This document shows positions 46,199 to 56,088 of a stretch of 64,000 nucleotides of DNA, in pieces (the first letter of the stretch is position 1; each line of letters begins with the position of its first letter). The notes beneath the pieces are model-generated. The model saw nothing but the letters and a program-made list of their open reading frames with translations, was not told the origin of the DNA and made no database searches. A program made the position numbers and the translations under genes. This DNA comes from a virus (lineage: Duplodnaviria > Caudoviricetes): IMG/VR virus record IMGVR_UViG_3300047160_010653, positions 9,104 to 73,103 of that record, one strand, 5' to 3'.

Positions 46199-47737
46199 AT
46201 GGTTCGCAGAATTGCGATATCGTCGGGACATGGCTTGCATATCAGAGGCGCGCGGGGCAATCCGGTGCCGCCACAGTGCGATGAGGTCGACGAGGCCCGC
46301 AAGATCGTTGACAAGGTAGCCTCGTTGTTGAGCTGCCCCAAATTTCATGACAACATTTCATACGATCAGTCGACCAATCTTCACACGATCGTCGCGTGGC
46401 ATGATAAACAGCAGCGTGACCTCGACGTGTCGGTCCACCTGAACGCGACGGCAGGCGCGCACGGCACCGAGGTGCTGTATGTCTCGGACGGAACGAAATC
46501 GCTAGCGAAGGAAGTTTGCGATGCGATTTGCAAAGCCGGTGGCTTTACAAACCGCGGACCGAAGAAGCGCACCGATCTTTATTTCCTGAACAACACCGAC
46601 GAGCCTGCGATCCTGCTCGAAATGTTCTTTTGTGATACCACCAGCGACTGCGACCTCTACCGCAAGAATTTCGAGGCTATATGCTCGGCGATAGCTTCGT
46701 CAATCTCTGGGCAACCTGTCAAAGACGACGCTCCCGGCAAGTGGCCCGAGAACCCACGCGATGTGCCGGTCGAACAACGCTCGACCGTCGCGCGGGGCGA
46801 CTACGGCCAGGATGTCACCGATCTGCAGAAGATGCTGCCGCGGTTCATTGGTGAAATTGACGGCGACTTCGGGTCAGTGACCGAGGCCGAGGTACTCGAC
46901 TATCAGCGTTCGCGCGGGCTCGTCGCCGACGGCGTTGTCGGGCCGAACACGTGGCACGCACTGTACGATCGGAAACCTCCTCTTCCGCCGCCAGCGGCGT
47001 TCACACAGGCGCAGCAAGATGAAATTTGCCGGATCGCGATCAACTCGCACATCGCCGAGTACGCCTGGAAAAACAGAGGACGTGCGCCTGCTGGATACAC
47101 CAAAGGCATGGCGCTCGCGTTCGCTTCCACTTATCGCAAGCTTCAGCATAACCATCCCGCTGCGATCGACATGGCGAAAGCGCGGGTGAACAGCGACAAG
47201 GATGCACTAAACCTCTACAAGTCGAAGTTCGATCAACTGGGAATGAACAATGAGCATTCCGGGCCGGATACTCTACGACACCTCTACGCCCTTATGCTGG
47301 GTCATGGAATGCGCGAAAGTAGCGGACGGCACTGCGAAGGACGAGACCAGAGTGCGAGCAACACTAGCAGCGACACTGCGGAGGCTGGGCTTTTTCAACA
47401 TTCTTGGAATTCGCATTCCGCAAGCGATCCCGAGTTCAGCGATCTCATGACTGAATTTTCGACGGGGCAGAGTCCCAGTTACCTTGACCAATTCGCTGAA
47501 GACGTATCATGCAGCACCAGCGACTGGGCTTGTTATGGTTCAGGAAACGGTTACGAGTTCCAGGACCTCTGCAAGACCGCGCCTGCGTTTGCGGTCGAGA
47601 CTTGCGCGCTTACATTGCGCAATCTCGCGAACCATTACGGTCCGATTATCCGCGGCGAAACCGAGCTGCGTGAAGATAGCGATGAGATGTTCCGCGACGT
47701 ACAGGCGTATGTCGACCGCCTGGAGGGTGAGGTATGA
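46199..47737 (+). CDS. Endolysin: Amidase_3 + peptidoglycan-binding + lysozyme-like domain
   Basis: SSGHG, E, SVHLNA, ILLEMFF amidase residues; DGDFG ... YQRSRGLVADGVVGPNTW PG-binding motif; MRESSG ... AGLFQ lysozyme-like motifs. Confidence 0.9.
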   Translation: MVRRIAISSGHGLHIRGARGNPVPPQCDEVDEARKIVDKVASLLSCPKFHDNISYDQSTNLHTIVAWHDKQQRDLDVSVHLNATAGAHGTEVLYVSDGTKSLAKEVCDAICKAGGFTNRGPKKRTDLYFLNNTDEPAILLEMFFCDTTSDCDLYRKNFEAICSAIASSISGQPVKDDAPGKWPENPRDVPVEQRSTVARGDYGQDVTDLQKMLPRFIGEIDGDFGSVTEAEVLDYQRSRGLVADGVVGPNTWHALYDRKPPLPPPAAFTQAQQDEICRIAINSHIAEYAWKNRGRAPAGYTKGMALAFASTYRKLQHNHPAAIDMAKARVNSDKDALNLYKSKFDQLGMNNEHSGPDTLRHLYALMLGHGMRESSGRHCEGRDQSASNTSSDTAEAGLFQHSWNSHSASDPEFSDLMTEFSTGQSPSYLDQFAEDVSCSTSDWACYGSGNGYEFQDLCKTAPAFAVETCALTLRNLANHYGPIIRGETELREDSDEMFRDVQAYVDRLEGEV

Positions 47738-47952
47738 ACGGCATCGGTTGGGCAGTAAAGCAACTTCAGAACGGCAGTCGTGTCAGTCGTTCAGGATGGA
47801 ATGGTAAAGGCATGTGGCTGGAGCTGCAGGTGCCTGACGAAAATTCTAAAATGACATTGCCCTATGTTTACATGAAAACGGCTGATAATCAGTTGGTGCC
47901 GTGGTTGTGTTCACAGACAGACCTGCTCGCTATTGATTGGGGCGAAGCCTGA
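47734..47952 (+). CDS. tad2: Tad2-like (DUF2829) Thoeris anti-defence sponge
   Basis: RSGWNGKGMWL ... MKTADNQLVPW-x-x-SQTDLLA-x-DW signature. Confidence 0.85.
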   Translation: MNGIGWAVKQLQNGSRVSRSGWNGKGMWLELQVPDENSKMTLPYVYMKTADNQLVPWLCSQTDLLAIDWGEA

Positions 47953-48028
47953 TCTTTGTCTAGTGGCGGGCAAACTTTCAGAAAATCGGCTGGCGATACG
48001 GACCGTGCGCGTGCGCGCATAACCTCTA

Positions 48029-48322
48029 TTGGGGAATACCGTGGTTGGAGTGATGAACATCAAGCGTTGCGGTGGGTGCCACTTCGCCAAGATCATCAAT
48101 CAAGACCTCACGAAACGCCTCTGTCATGGCGCGCCACCGAGCGCTATTCAAATCCCTACGCCCAACGGGCAGATGCGTTTACAGATGGCGCGGCCTGTCG
48201 TGCAGGTCACCGACGAAGCCTGCAGCATGTATCAGGCCAAAACCGGCGCGGATGAAGTGCGCGACAACGAAGCGGTGAAAGCCGCTTACGAGATGGCGCA
48301 GGCACAGGTGATCAAGCAGTGA
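48029..48322 (+). CDS. Small Cys4 protein
   Basis: CGGC ... CHGAPP ... PVV ... EACSMY. Confidence 0.55.
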   Translation: MGNTVVGVMNIKRCGGCHFAKIINQDLTKRLCHGAPPSAIQIPTPNGQMRLQMARPVVQVTDEACSMYQAKTGADEVRDNEAVKAAYEMAQAQVIKQ

Positions 48323-49836
48323 GCATCTTTAACACTTCATCGGTGCTCGACCCCAGCCTGATCCTCCGGCAAGTGCAGGAAGAGTTCAACCGCGTCTGGG
48401 CCGCGATGGGCGTGGGCGGCAGCGGTGGAGCGCAGGGGCCTCAAGGCGAACCCGGACCGCAGGGCACGCAGGGACCGCAGGGACCGGCCGGTGCAGACGG
48501 TGCGGTTGGTCCTGCCGGTCCGCAGGGGCTCCAGGGGCCGCGCGGTGTACCAGGGCCATTGGGACCGTCAACGCCTGGGGTTCAGGGACCGGCAGGACCG
48601 GCAGGGCCACAAGGGCCGCAGGGGGATGCAGGAACTCCCGGGGTTTCTGGCACGGATGGCGCACAAGGTCCAGCAGGGCCGCAGGGCCCGGCCGGGCCGC
48701 AAGGCGATCCCGGGCCCGCGGGCGTGCAGGGCGACCCCGGTCCGCCCGGCAAGACCTGTGCGATTATCGGTTCGTTTTCGAACCGGCAGATTTGGGAGTT
48801 GCCTCCCTCGGGATACATCCCCGCGGATTGGGACAGCCCGGGCAATCCCCCCGCGGGCAATCAGCTCGCCAACGGCCAGGGATTGCTCCACAGCCCGACG
48901 CAAGAGGTGTGCCTGTGGGTTGGCCCGATGTTGACCTCGGGCTGGGTTGTCCTGGGAGAGGTGCAGGGTCCCGCGGGCTCGCCGGGACCTGCCGGACCGG
49001 AAGGTCAGGCGGGGCCGTCGGGCGGCCAGGGACCGCCCGGGCCGCAAGGCGTGCAAGGTAATCCCGGCGCTGTCGGTCCAACGGGCAAGGACGGAGCGCA
49101 GGGACCGGCAGGTGCCGCTGGTCCACAAGGGCCTGCCGGGCCTGCCGGTGCCATTGGACCGCAGGGCGGCCAGGGTGTGCAGGGGCCGATGGGCGCAGTC
49201 GGTCCGCAAGGACCGCAAGGCGTGCCCGGTCCGACTGCGGTGTCGAGCGACCCCTCGAACACCGCGACGCTGGGTAGTGACGGCAAGGTGTTCGTGCCGC
49301 TGGCGCCTGCAGGCGGCAACGCCATCCCTCAGATGGACGGCACCGGAGCGGCTGGGTCTAACACGACATGGTCGCGCTCGGACCACGTCCATCCCACCGA
49401 CATCAGTCGACAGCCTGTGAAAGGCACGATTTCGGCTGACAATGCGGCCGCCGGTAACCTCGGCGAGGTGCTGTCGACGTCGGTCACGACAGCGGTGAAC
49501 TTGACTGCCAACACCGCGGCGAACATAGGCAGTCTGGTTCTGACTGCAGGCGACTGGGATGTTTCGGGCGTCGTCAACTTCGTCTCGCCCGGCGCGGCGG
49601 CGACCCGCATGGCGGCAGGAATTTCATCGGCATCTGCGACGCTGCCGACACCGGCGCAGATCGCAGCGGGGACGGGGACGCTCAACGACCTGTCGCTGGT
49701 TTTCTCGAAGGCGGCGATGACGATGGCGACCGGCATCTGCCGTTTCAATGTTTCCGCATCGACGACGATCTATCTGATTGGTCTGGGACCGGCCACGACT
49801 GCGACGGGATACATATGGGCAAGGCGCGCCCGCTGA
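48319..49836 (+). CDS. Collagen-like fibre protein (probable head/whisker fibre)
   Basis: Two long Gly-X-Y blocks separated by a globular insert; C-terminal beta domain ending YIWARRAR. Confidence 0.85.
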   Translation: MSIFNTSSVLDPSLILRQVQEEFNRVWAAMGVGGSGGAQGPQGEPGPQGTQGPQGPAGADGAVGPAGPQGLQGPRGVPGPLGPSTPGVQGPAGPAGPQGPQGDAGTPGVSGTDGAQGPAGPQGPAGPQGDPGPAGVQGDPGPPGKTCAIIGSFSNRQIWELPPSGYIPADWDSPGNPPAGNQLANGQGLLHSPTQEVCLWVGPMLTSGWVVLGEVQGPAGSPGPAGPEGQAGPSGGQGPPGPQGVQGNPGAVGPTGKDGAQGPAGAAGPQGPAGPAGAIGPQGGQGVQGPMGAVGPQGPQGVPGPTAVSSDPSNTATLGSDGKVFVPLAPAGGNAIPQMDGTGAAGSNTTWSRSDHVHPTDISRQPVKGTISADNAAAGNLGEVLSTSVTTAVNLTANTAANIGSLVLTAGDWDVSGVVNFVSPGAAATRMAAGISSASATLPTPAQIAAGTGTLNDLSLVFSKAAMTMATGICRFNVSASTTIYLIGLGPATTATGYIWARRAR

Positions 49837-50024
49837 CCTACGAACCGATAGAGTTTCCCAGAGATTTGCAGCGTTGCGACAACTGCGCCTGTTTCAAACG
49901 CGATCAGGAAACGCCGGATCGCGGCTGGTGCCGCGCATTTCCGCCGACGGTGCTGGGACCGAACCAGAGCTTCTGGCCATCCGTGTTTGCGATGGACTGG
50001 TGTGCGAGGTGGACAGCTCGATGA
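49815..50024 (+). CDS. Small Cys4 protein, paralogue of 48029-48322
   Basis: CDNC ... CRAFPP ... WPSV ... DWCARW. Confidence 0.6.
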   Translation: MGKARPLTYEPIEFPRDLQRCDNCACFKRDQETPDRGWCRAFPPTVLGPNQSFWPSVFAMDWCARWTAR

Positions 50025-51610
50025 GCTACGTCAAGATTAAAGACACCCTCCGCAATCTGATCACAGGCCTGGGGCAGATGGGTATCGACCCTTCTGCGTC
50101 AACGCAGTATGTGCTTTATCTACTGCAGCGCGACCAGCTCGAAAATATGTACCGTGGCGATTGGCTAGCGCGGAAAATCTGCGATGCGCCCGCCGAGGAT
50201 ATGACCCGCGAGTGGCGCGCGTGGCAAGCCAACCAGAACCAGATCGAAGCGATTGAAGCTGTCGAGAAAACGCTCGACATCAAGCGCAAGACCAAGCAGT
50301 GGCTGATCAAGGCGCGGCTGTACGGCGGTTCGGCTTTTGTGGTTGGTGTCGATGACGGGCAGGACCCCAGTCAACCCATCGATCTCGACAAGTGCAAGAA
50401 GGGCTGTCTGAAATACGTCGTGGTGCTGCACCGGTGGGAATTGAACGCCGGGCCGCGCATCTACAATGTAATGGACCCCTATTATACCCGCCCTGCATAC
50501 TATACGGTGGCGACGCCGATGTTTGGTTTCATGGGCGAGAGCGGTGCGACGATGCCGACGCCGTCGGGCACGCCCGAGCCGATCCCTGGCTCGATCAACA
50601 ATTTCATGAGCAAGGTGATTCCGTTTCAGAACCGGCCCGGTAAGCAGCAATCTCAATATCCCAGCACGACGCCAACCAACCTCGGGCTCACGCAGATACA
50701 CCCGTCTCGCGTGCTGGAAATGCCCGGCAATGAATTGCCGGACTGGCGGCTCGCGCCGCTGGGCGGTGGATGGGGCGATAGCATTCTGCAGACCGTTGTC
50801 GATACCATGACCAGTTTCACGCAGGTGACGCAGTCGATCACTGCGATGGTCAATGACGGCAAGATGGATGTGGTCAAAATTCCCAACATGGCCTCGCGGC
50901 TCACCAATGAAGAGTACAAGAACACGCTGCTGTCGCGGTTCGCCATGTCGGCGCAAAGCAAGAGCGTCATTTCCGCGCTCCTGCTCGATCGTGAAGAAGA
51001 GTGGGAGCGGGTATCGACGCAGTATGGCGGTTTGCCCATGATACTGCACGAGTTCATCACCCTGGTTTCCGGTGCGGCCGGGATACCGGTGTCCCGTCTG
51101 TTCGGTCAGGCGACCGGGCGCGGGCTGGCTGGCGGCTCGACCGGCGGCGGCGCGTCGGGAGGGGAATCCGATCTGAGAAACTATTACGACGACTGTGCGC
51201 AGAAACAGAAAAACGAGATGGCGCCGCGCATGGGTATGCTCGATCAGTTATTGATGCGTTCGGCGCTCGGGACTGATGATCCGAATATACATTATGATTG
51301 GAACTCATTATGGCAGATGGACCAGGACGAAAAGTCCAAGATCGCGCTTGCCAAGGCGCAGGCCACGCAGATTTATGTTTCACTTGGCATCGTCAATGAG
51401 GACGCGTTCCGCGAAGGTGTTGTCAACCAGCTGGTGGAGGATGGAACTTATCCTGGTCTCGACGACGCCATCGAGCAGTTCGGGGCCGAGCCTGAAATGC
51501 CTGACGATGATGGCGGCTTCATGCCGGGGCGTGGCACGCAGGGACCGTCGCCGCCGGAGCCTGATCCGGAACCGGAGGACATCGGTCATTCCGGACCAGT
51601 CGGTGGTTAA
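50021..51610 (+). CDS. Portal protein (DUF1073-type)
   Basis: Start refined to MSYVKIKD; YRGDWLARKICDAPAEDMTREW; ARLYGGS; IHPSRVL; GAAGIPVSRLFGQ; DLRNYYD. Confidence 0.9.
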   Translation: MSYVKIKDTLRNLITGLGQMGIDPSASTQYVLYLLQRDQLENMYRGDWLARKICDAPAEDMTREWRAWQANQNQIEAIEAVEKTLDIKRKTKQWLIKARLYGGSAFVVGVDDGQDPSQPIDLDKCKKGCLKYVVVLHRWELNAGPRIYNVMDPYYTRPAYYTVATPMFGFMGESGATMPTPSGTPEPIPGSINNFMSKVIPFQNRPGKQQSQYPSTTPTNLGLTQIHPSRVLEMPGNELPDWRLAPLGGGWGDSILQTVVDTMTSFTQVTQSITAMVNDGKMDVVKIPNMASRLTNEEYKNTLLSRFAMSAQSKSVISALLLDREEEWERVSTQYGGLPMILHEFITLVSGAAGIPVSRLFGQATGRGLAGGSTGGGASGGESDLRNYYDDCAQKQKNEMAPRMGMLDQLLMRSALGTDDPNIHYDWNSLWQMDQDEKSKIALAKAQATQIYVSLGIVNEDAFREGVVNQLVEDGTYPGLDDAIEQFGAEPEMPDDDGGFMPGRGTQGPSPPEPDPEPEDIGHSGPVGG

Positions 51611-51682
51611 CCTCGCCGATGTGATATTGTTCGTCGCGCTGGCGGCGCTCGCGATCATGGCCGCGATCGCTGTTTCCAAGTT

Positions 51683-51955
51683 GTGGAAGAGAGATTGATG
51701 TTCACTGTCATCGGCACACTGTGCGCATTCGTGTTCTCGCATCCCGGTGATATGGCTTTCATCGCCGTCGGATTTTCGATCGAGAACCAGTGCAACGTGT
51801 CGTTGCTGCTGTATCCCGACGGGCCGATCGGGCCATTGGAAATCAGGCCGGGCTCGGGCGAGATGCACACCTTCCGTGCTATCATTGGCCGCCAGCAAGC
51901 CGTGCTTTACGTCGACGGCATGCCGCATCCGATCCCGTTCGGGGTGCCGTTGTGA
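51683..51955 (+). CDS. Hypothetical protein
   Basis: 90 aa; stop overlaps the GTG start of the MuF gene. Confidence 0.45.
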   Translation: MEERLMFTVIGTLCAFVFSHPGDMAFIAVGFSIENQCNVSLLLYPDGPIGPLEIRPGSGEMHTFRAIIGRQQAVLYVDGMPHPIPFGVPL

Positions 51956-54900
51956 GTTTGATGTGCATGTGCGGCCCGCGCACGCGTGTGCGGGATGCGT
52001 ATGACCCCGACGAGCCGCGGGACGAACGTGGGCGTTGGACAACATCGGACGAACCTAAGTTGGAAGGCGGACGTTCGCTCAAGGAAGCCGAGGATCGCGG
52101 CATCTTTGAAGGAAGGTTGGGCGAAAAGAAAGAGGTGTCAGGTGGCGAGCGGCAGTTAGTACTGCTCAAACCGACGGACATTCCCAAGGATTGGCAGACG
52201 ATTGAACATCCTAATGGGAAGCGCCTCTACTTCGATCCGAAGCTTGCTGAAGCTTATGAGCTGATCCCGGGCTACGGCAAAGAGTACGCCAAGCCAAAAG
52301 ACAAAACGATTGGCGACTTCGATGTGAAGCCTGAGCCCGACAAGATTTATCGTGGCATGAGCTTCGAGGAGTACCAACGAGCGCTGGATCAAGGGTACTT
52401 TGCCTCCCGTGGCGACTACAATATCGGCGGCGCACAGGAGGGGCTTACCTACTATTCGACCGATCCGCGGCAAGCACAGAGTTACGCGCATGGGTTTGCG
52501 CCTTGGATGTACAAGGCGACGCCGTCGCGCCCTGCGGTGATCGTCGAGGTGAAAGACCCTGGTGAACATGTCGACGTCCCTGGGATCGGGCAGACTTCGA
52601 CCGAGGTGGGACTTCGCAAACATGTGCCAATCAGCGACATCACGCGTGTCTGGTTTGGCAAGCCGTATATCGTGCAGGAGCATCAAGTCGATATCCATCG
52701 GAATTGGAGCGGTAGTCGCGTCGGCGGTGGCACGAGCTATGATGCGTCGGTGCGATGGGAGCAGCAGCATCTAAAGGATGCTGTGACGATTCACATCGTC
52801 TATGACCGCGCGCGGCGAGACCCGCGCGGGCAGGCGGTGCACTACCTCGAAGCCCGGTTCCGGGCCGAGGCTGACCGGCGCTGGCGGCTACTGGCCCAGA
52901 CCATTCGCGAGGCGCTGATCACCCACGACCTCCTGGGCCTGAAGGGCCTCAGCCGACTGCCGCATGAGAACAAGGTCGAGGGGTGGGGCTCTTGGTTGCG
53001 GGGCGAGGTCACCCAGAAGATTTTGGGGTTCAACGGGTACTGGACTGCCCCCTACGTGGAAAACGCATCCATGGAGGCTCTAAAGGGCGCCTCGGGCGTT
53101 GCATTTGGGCAACAGTCTACCGATGGGGAGGGGCCAGGGCACCCGTTCCGGGGCAACCAGTACACCAGCGGGGAAGGTGGACTTCCAGAAGAGCCGGGAA
53201 CAACGCCGATCCCGGAAGGCCATGTCCGCTTGTATCACCAGACTGGCGCAGAGAACATTGAATCGATCAAGAAGAACGGCTTGACGCTGTCGAGCGCTAA
53301 GGGCATCGAAGGGCCGAAAGCAATTTATGCTGGGGAGACTGGATTTTATCATAAGGTGGGGGAAGAACAGCCGGGACAGATAACAGTCGAGTTTCATGTT
53401 CCCAAGGAACGCTGGAGTCCGCCGTTCGTGCGTGTCGACAGTCAAGGTCGCGTTGCTCCGGAAAACATCATCGCTGTCCACGAAGCTTGGCACGGATCGG
53501 CGCGCTATATTGAAAATGACCCAGAAGTCTTACGGGCCACTCTCGCCGGGGAGAATGATTCACTACTTGATTTGCCACGTGAAGGTCCGGCAATTCGTTA
53601 CATCAAGGCGAAGCACGCGCGTGACGCCGCGCCCGGCCCTGCCGAGCGTCTCGCCAGCATGAAGGCGCTGGCGGTGTCGGAGCTGAAGGGCATCGCTGCG
53701 GCGTTCGAGCAGCAGGCCACCAGGGTGGTAGCCCATCACCTTTCGTGCAGTTCGCCCCCGTACTGCACGGCCAATGCCCTGGTGCCGATCATCACGCAAT
53801 TCCGCAATCGCACCAGGGCGATGGCAGCGTATGTTGTGGCGAAAGCTCACGCCGGGGCGACGTTGGCGGCGCTGCGCAGCCAGGGCGCGACGCACGTCGA
53901 CCTGATCCCCGAGCGGGTCGGCCAATGGGGAAAAGTCGGTGATGGCCGAGGGATTTTCCCCATTAACGATGTCGGACCTCCCGACGAGCCGCGTGATCTC
54001 AGGGGAAGGTGGACGGAAGGTGGCGGAGGTGGGGAGACTCCAGTGAACCGGTTCGTCGAAACCGGGATTGGTTTGATCATCACGCCACCATTGGGGCTAG
54101 GTGACGCGCCGCGCAAGGTCGGGCCGGGAGCGCGTGGCGGGACGTCGGCGCGAACGGTGCGGCGGATCAAGGCGGTGTCGCGCAAGCTGCGCCGAGCATT
54201 GCCGCAGCGTGTCGACGTGCTCACGGCCGGTGATGACGATGTCTGCCCCAAATGCCAGGACATTGCCGATAGCGGGCCGTACACTATCTCTGAGGCGGAG
54301 GGGCTGATCCCAGCCCATAATTACTGCCGCTGTAGCTTTGTAAAGGCCGGATATGCCAAGGATTTTGACCCCAACGAACCCCGAGCCAAGGATTTCAACC
54401 CCTATCATCTGCCGTCAGGTCCTGGCGGCGGACAGTTCACGTCGGGGCCTGGAGGAGAGGGTGCGGGCGCGCCCGAATATGTGCGCGAGCTGGCGAAGCT
54501 CAGCGAGCGCGTGCAGGGGCTCGATCCCCGCGTCCTTGCGGTGGGCGGCGATGACTGGAACAAGGACACCGCGATCAGGCTGGAGCGGCAATACCAGGAC
54601 GCCAAGCCCGAGCTGGACAAGGTTGTCGACAGGCTGGTGGAGGGGGCCGCTGCCGGTACACAGCATCCGTACATCCCCGAAGAGTGGGACATGATGTCTC
54701 CTGAGGATCAAGAGTCGGTCAAGAGCGCGTGGATGGATTCCACCAAAGACGATTTCAATAGCAGCGAAGTGGACAGCTGGATCGAGAACGGCAACCAGCT
54801 CGACGAGAGCAAGGCGAAGACGGCTCAGGATTACGGTGACAAAGAGCTGCCGAATTGGGCCAAGGACGTATTCGACGAGGTGCGCGAAGAGTACCGCATT

Positions 54901-56088
54901 CCGTATACCGATGATCAGCTCTACAAGGCGATCACTTTCAATTACCAACAGGATTACGAAGGCCAGAACGATCCCGAAGTCTACTTCGACAACAAGGAGC
55001 TTCAGGAGCCGAAAGGGTTTGATCCTTCGGCAGAATTGCCGTTGGGGATCGAGCCGATTGATCCGGCGTCGAAGCTGACTCAGGACATGCGCGATGCGCT
55101 GGAGACGGGATTGATCAAAGCGTTCAATAAGGAAGCCAAAGACAATGCTGATCAGATCGATCCGCCGGATTTGAGCGATCAGGTTGCCGAGTTCCAGGAT
55201 CAGATGTGGGATGAAAAAGAGGATAGCGACAAGTTTGACTGGGCCAAGTACAACTGGTCGGAATTTCCCACCGATGAAGGCGGAAGCAAAGAGCCTACGG
55301 TGATAGCACTGCCCCACCGGTGGGACCCGCTGCAGGAAGGCCATTCGGATCAGGATTACCGTCGCACCCAGGCTGTCGGCACGCAGATGTCGCGCGAGCG
55401 CGCGGCCGATTTGATGATGAAACGCGGCGTGTTCGAGGATCGTAGCCAAGCATTGCGGGCAGCGACACGGCTGGATAATTCGATATGGGCGGCATGGAAA
55501 AGCGCGTCGACTTCCAAGGAGGGCTCGCTGCTGCAGTCGGCGACTGCAGCCGAGCTGGGCGGACGTGCGCGAGGCGAATGGAGGCCGACGCAGGACGTGA
55601 TTAACCGCGCTAACGCCACCTATGATCTTTCCGGCGGCTGGGAGGGTCTGAAGGCTTACGTTCGCGCCAAGTGGGAAACCACTCAGTACATGCTCGACAA
55701 GGCCGATAAGCCGATGCTCAACGTGTATCGTGGGATATCAAAGGAAGAGCGCGGTAAGGAGGTTTCTGTCCGTTCGCCGACGGAATTTTCAAAGGAATAC
55801 ATTCAACTCCCGGATATCGAGATGGAGCGTAATGGAGCGCAGTCGACATCAACGGATGCCAGCGTTTCCAATGGTTGGGGAAGCCCTTCGACGCGGGTGG
55901 TGATGCGCATCCAGGCGCCGCGTACTGCAGCGATCTCGGTGCCGTCCTACGGCCAGAACATTCACAGCGAGCATGAGGTCGTGCTTGCGGGCACGGCATG
56001 GAAGAAGTGGGATGCGTGGCACGAGAAAGCGCCTGCATTCAATGCGGTAGAGATGCATGATCAAAATCGACCTCTCCGAGATCGATAA
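51952..56088 (+). CDS. Giant MuF (SPP1 gp7-like) minor head protein with three ART-fold domains
   Basis: MuF core end TAGDDDVCPKC ... PAHNYCRC (about 54205-54345); ART-like modules IYRGMS/YYSTDP/TEV (about 52340-52700), LYHQT/SIKKNGL/IYA (about 53220-53490) and VYRG/STST/EHEVVL (about 55710-56000). Confidence 0.8.
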   Translation: MSLMCMCGPRTRVRDAYDPDEPRDERGRWTTSDEPKLEGGRSLKEAEDRGIFEGRLGEKKEVSGGERQLVLLKPTDIPKDWQTIEHPNGKRLYFDPKLAEAYELIPGYGKEYAKPKDKTIGDFDVKPEPDKIYRGMSFEEYQRALDQGYFASRGDYNIGGAQEGLTYYSTDPRQAQSYAHGFAPWMYKATPSRPAVIVEVKDPGEHVDVPGIGQTSTEVGLRKHVPISDITRVWFGKPYIVQEHQVDIHRNWSGSRVGGGTSYDASVRWEQQHLKDAVTIHIVYDRARRDPRGQAVHYLEARFRAEADRRWRLLAQTIREALITHDLLGLKGLSRLPHENKVEGWGSWLRGEVTQKILGFNGYWTAPYVENASMEALKGASGVAFGQQSTDGEGPGHPFRGNQYTSGEGGLPEEPGTTPIPEGHVRLYHQTGAENIESIKKNGLTLSSAKGIEGPKAIYAGETGFYHKVGEEQPGQITVEFHVPKERWSPPFVRVDSQGRVAPENIIAVHEAWHGSARYIENDPEVLRATLAGENDSLLDLPREGPAIRYIKAKHARDAAPGPAERLASMKALAVSELKGIAAAFEQQATRVVAHHLSCSSPPYCTANALVPIITQFRNRTRAMAAYVVAKAHAGATLAALRSQGATHVDLIPERVGQWGKVGDGRGIFPINDVGPPDEPRDLRGRWTEGGGGGETPVNRFVETGIGLIITPPLGLGDAPRKVGPGARGGTSARTVRRIKAVSRKLRRALPQRVDVLTAGDDDVCPKCQDIADSGPYTISEAEGLIPAHNYCRCSFVKAGYAKDFDPNEPRAKDFNPYHLPSGPGGGQFTSGPGGEGAGAPEYVRELAKLSERVQGLDPRVLAVGGDDWNKDTAIRLERQYQDAKPELDKVVDRLVEGAAAGTQHPYIPEEWDMMSPEDQESVKSAWMDSTKDDFNSSEVDSWIENGNQLDESKAKTAQDYGDKELPNWAKDVFDEVREEYRIPYTDDQLYKAITFNYQQDYEGQNDPEVYFDNKELQEPKGFDPSAELPLGIEPIDPASKLTQDMRDALETGLIKAFNKEAKDNADQIDPPDLSDQVAEFQDQMWDEKEDSDKFDWAKYNWSEFPTDEGGSKEPTVIALPHRWDPLQEGHSDQDYRRTQAVGTQMSRERAADLMMKRGVFEDRSQALRAATRLDNSIWAAWKSASTSKEGSLLQSATAAELGGRARGEWRPTQDVINRANATYDLSGGWEGLKAYVRAKWETTQYMLDKADKPMLNVYRGISKEERGKEVSVRSPTEFSKEYIQLPDIEMERNGAQSTSTDASVSNGWGSPSTRVVMRIQAPRTAAISVPSYGQNIHSEHEVVLAGTAWKKWDAWHEKAPAFNAVEMHDQNRPLRDR

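Noticed and set aside
48420-49240. Repeat array in the collagen region as CRISPR or satellite
   Set aside because: The 9-bp periodicity is fully explained by Gly-X-Y coding.
49778-51610. Anti-CBASS Acb1 label and N-terminal extension for the DUF1073 gene
   Set aside because: Motifs and position indicate a portal; the first 81 codons overlap two other genes, so the start was moved to 50021.
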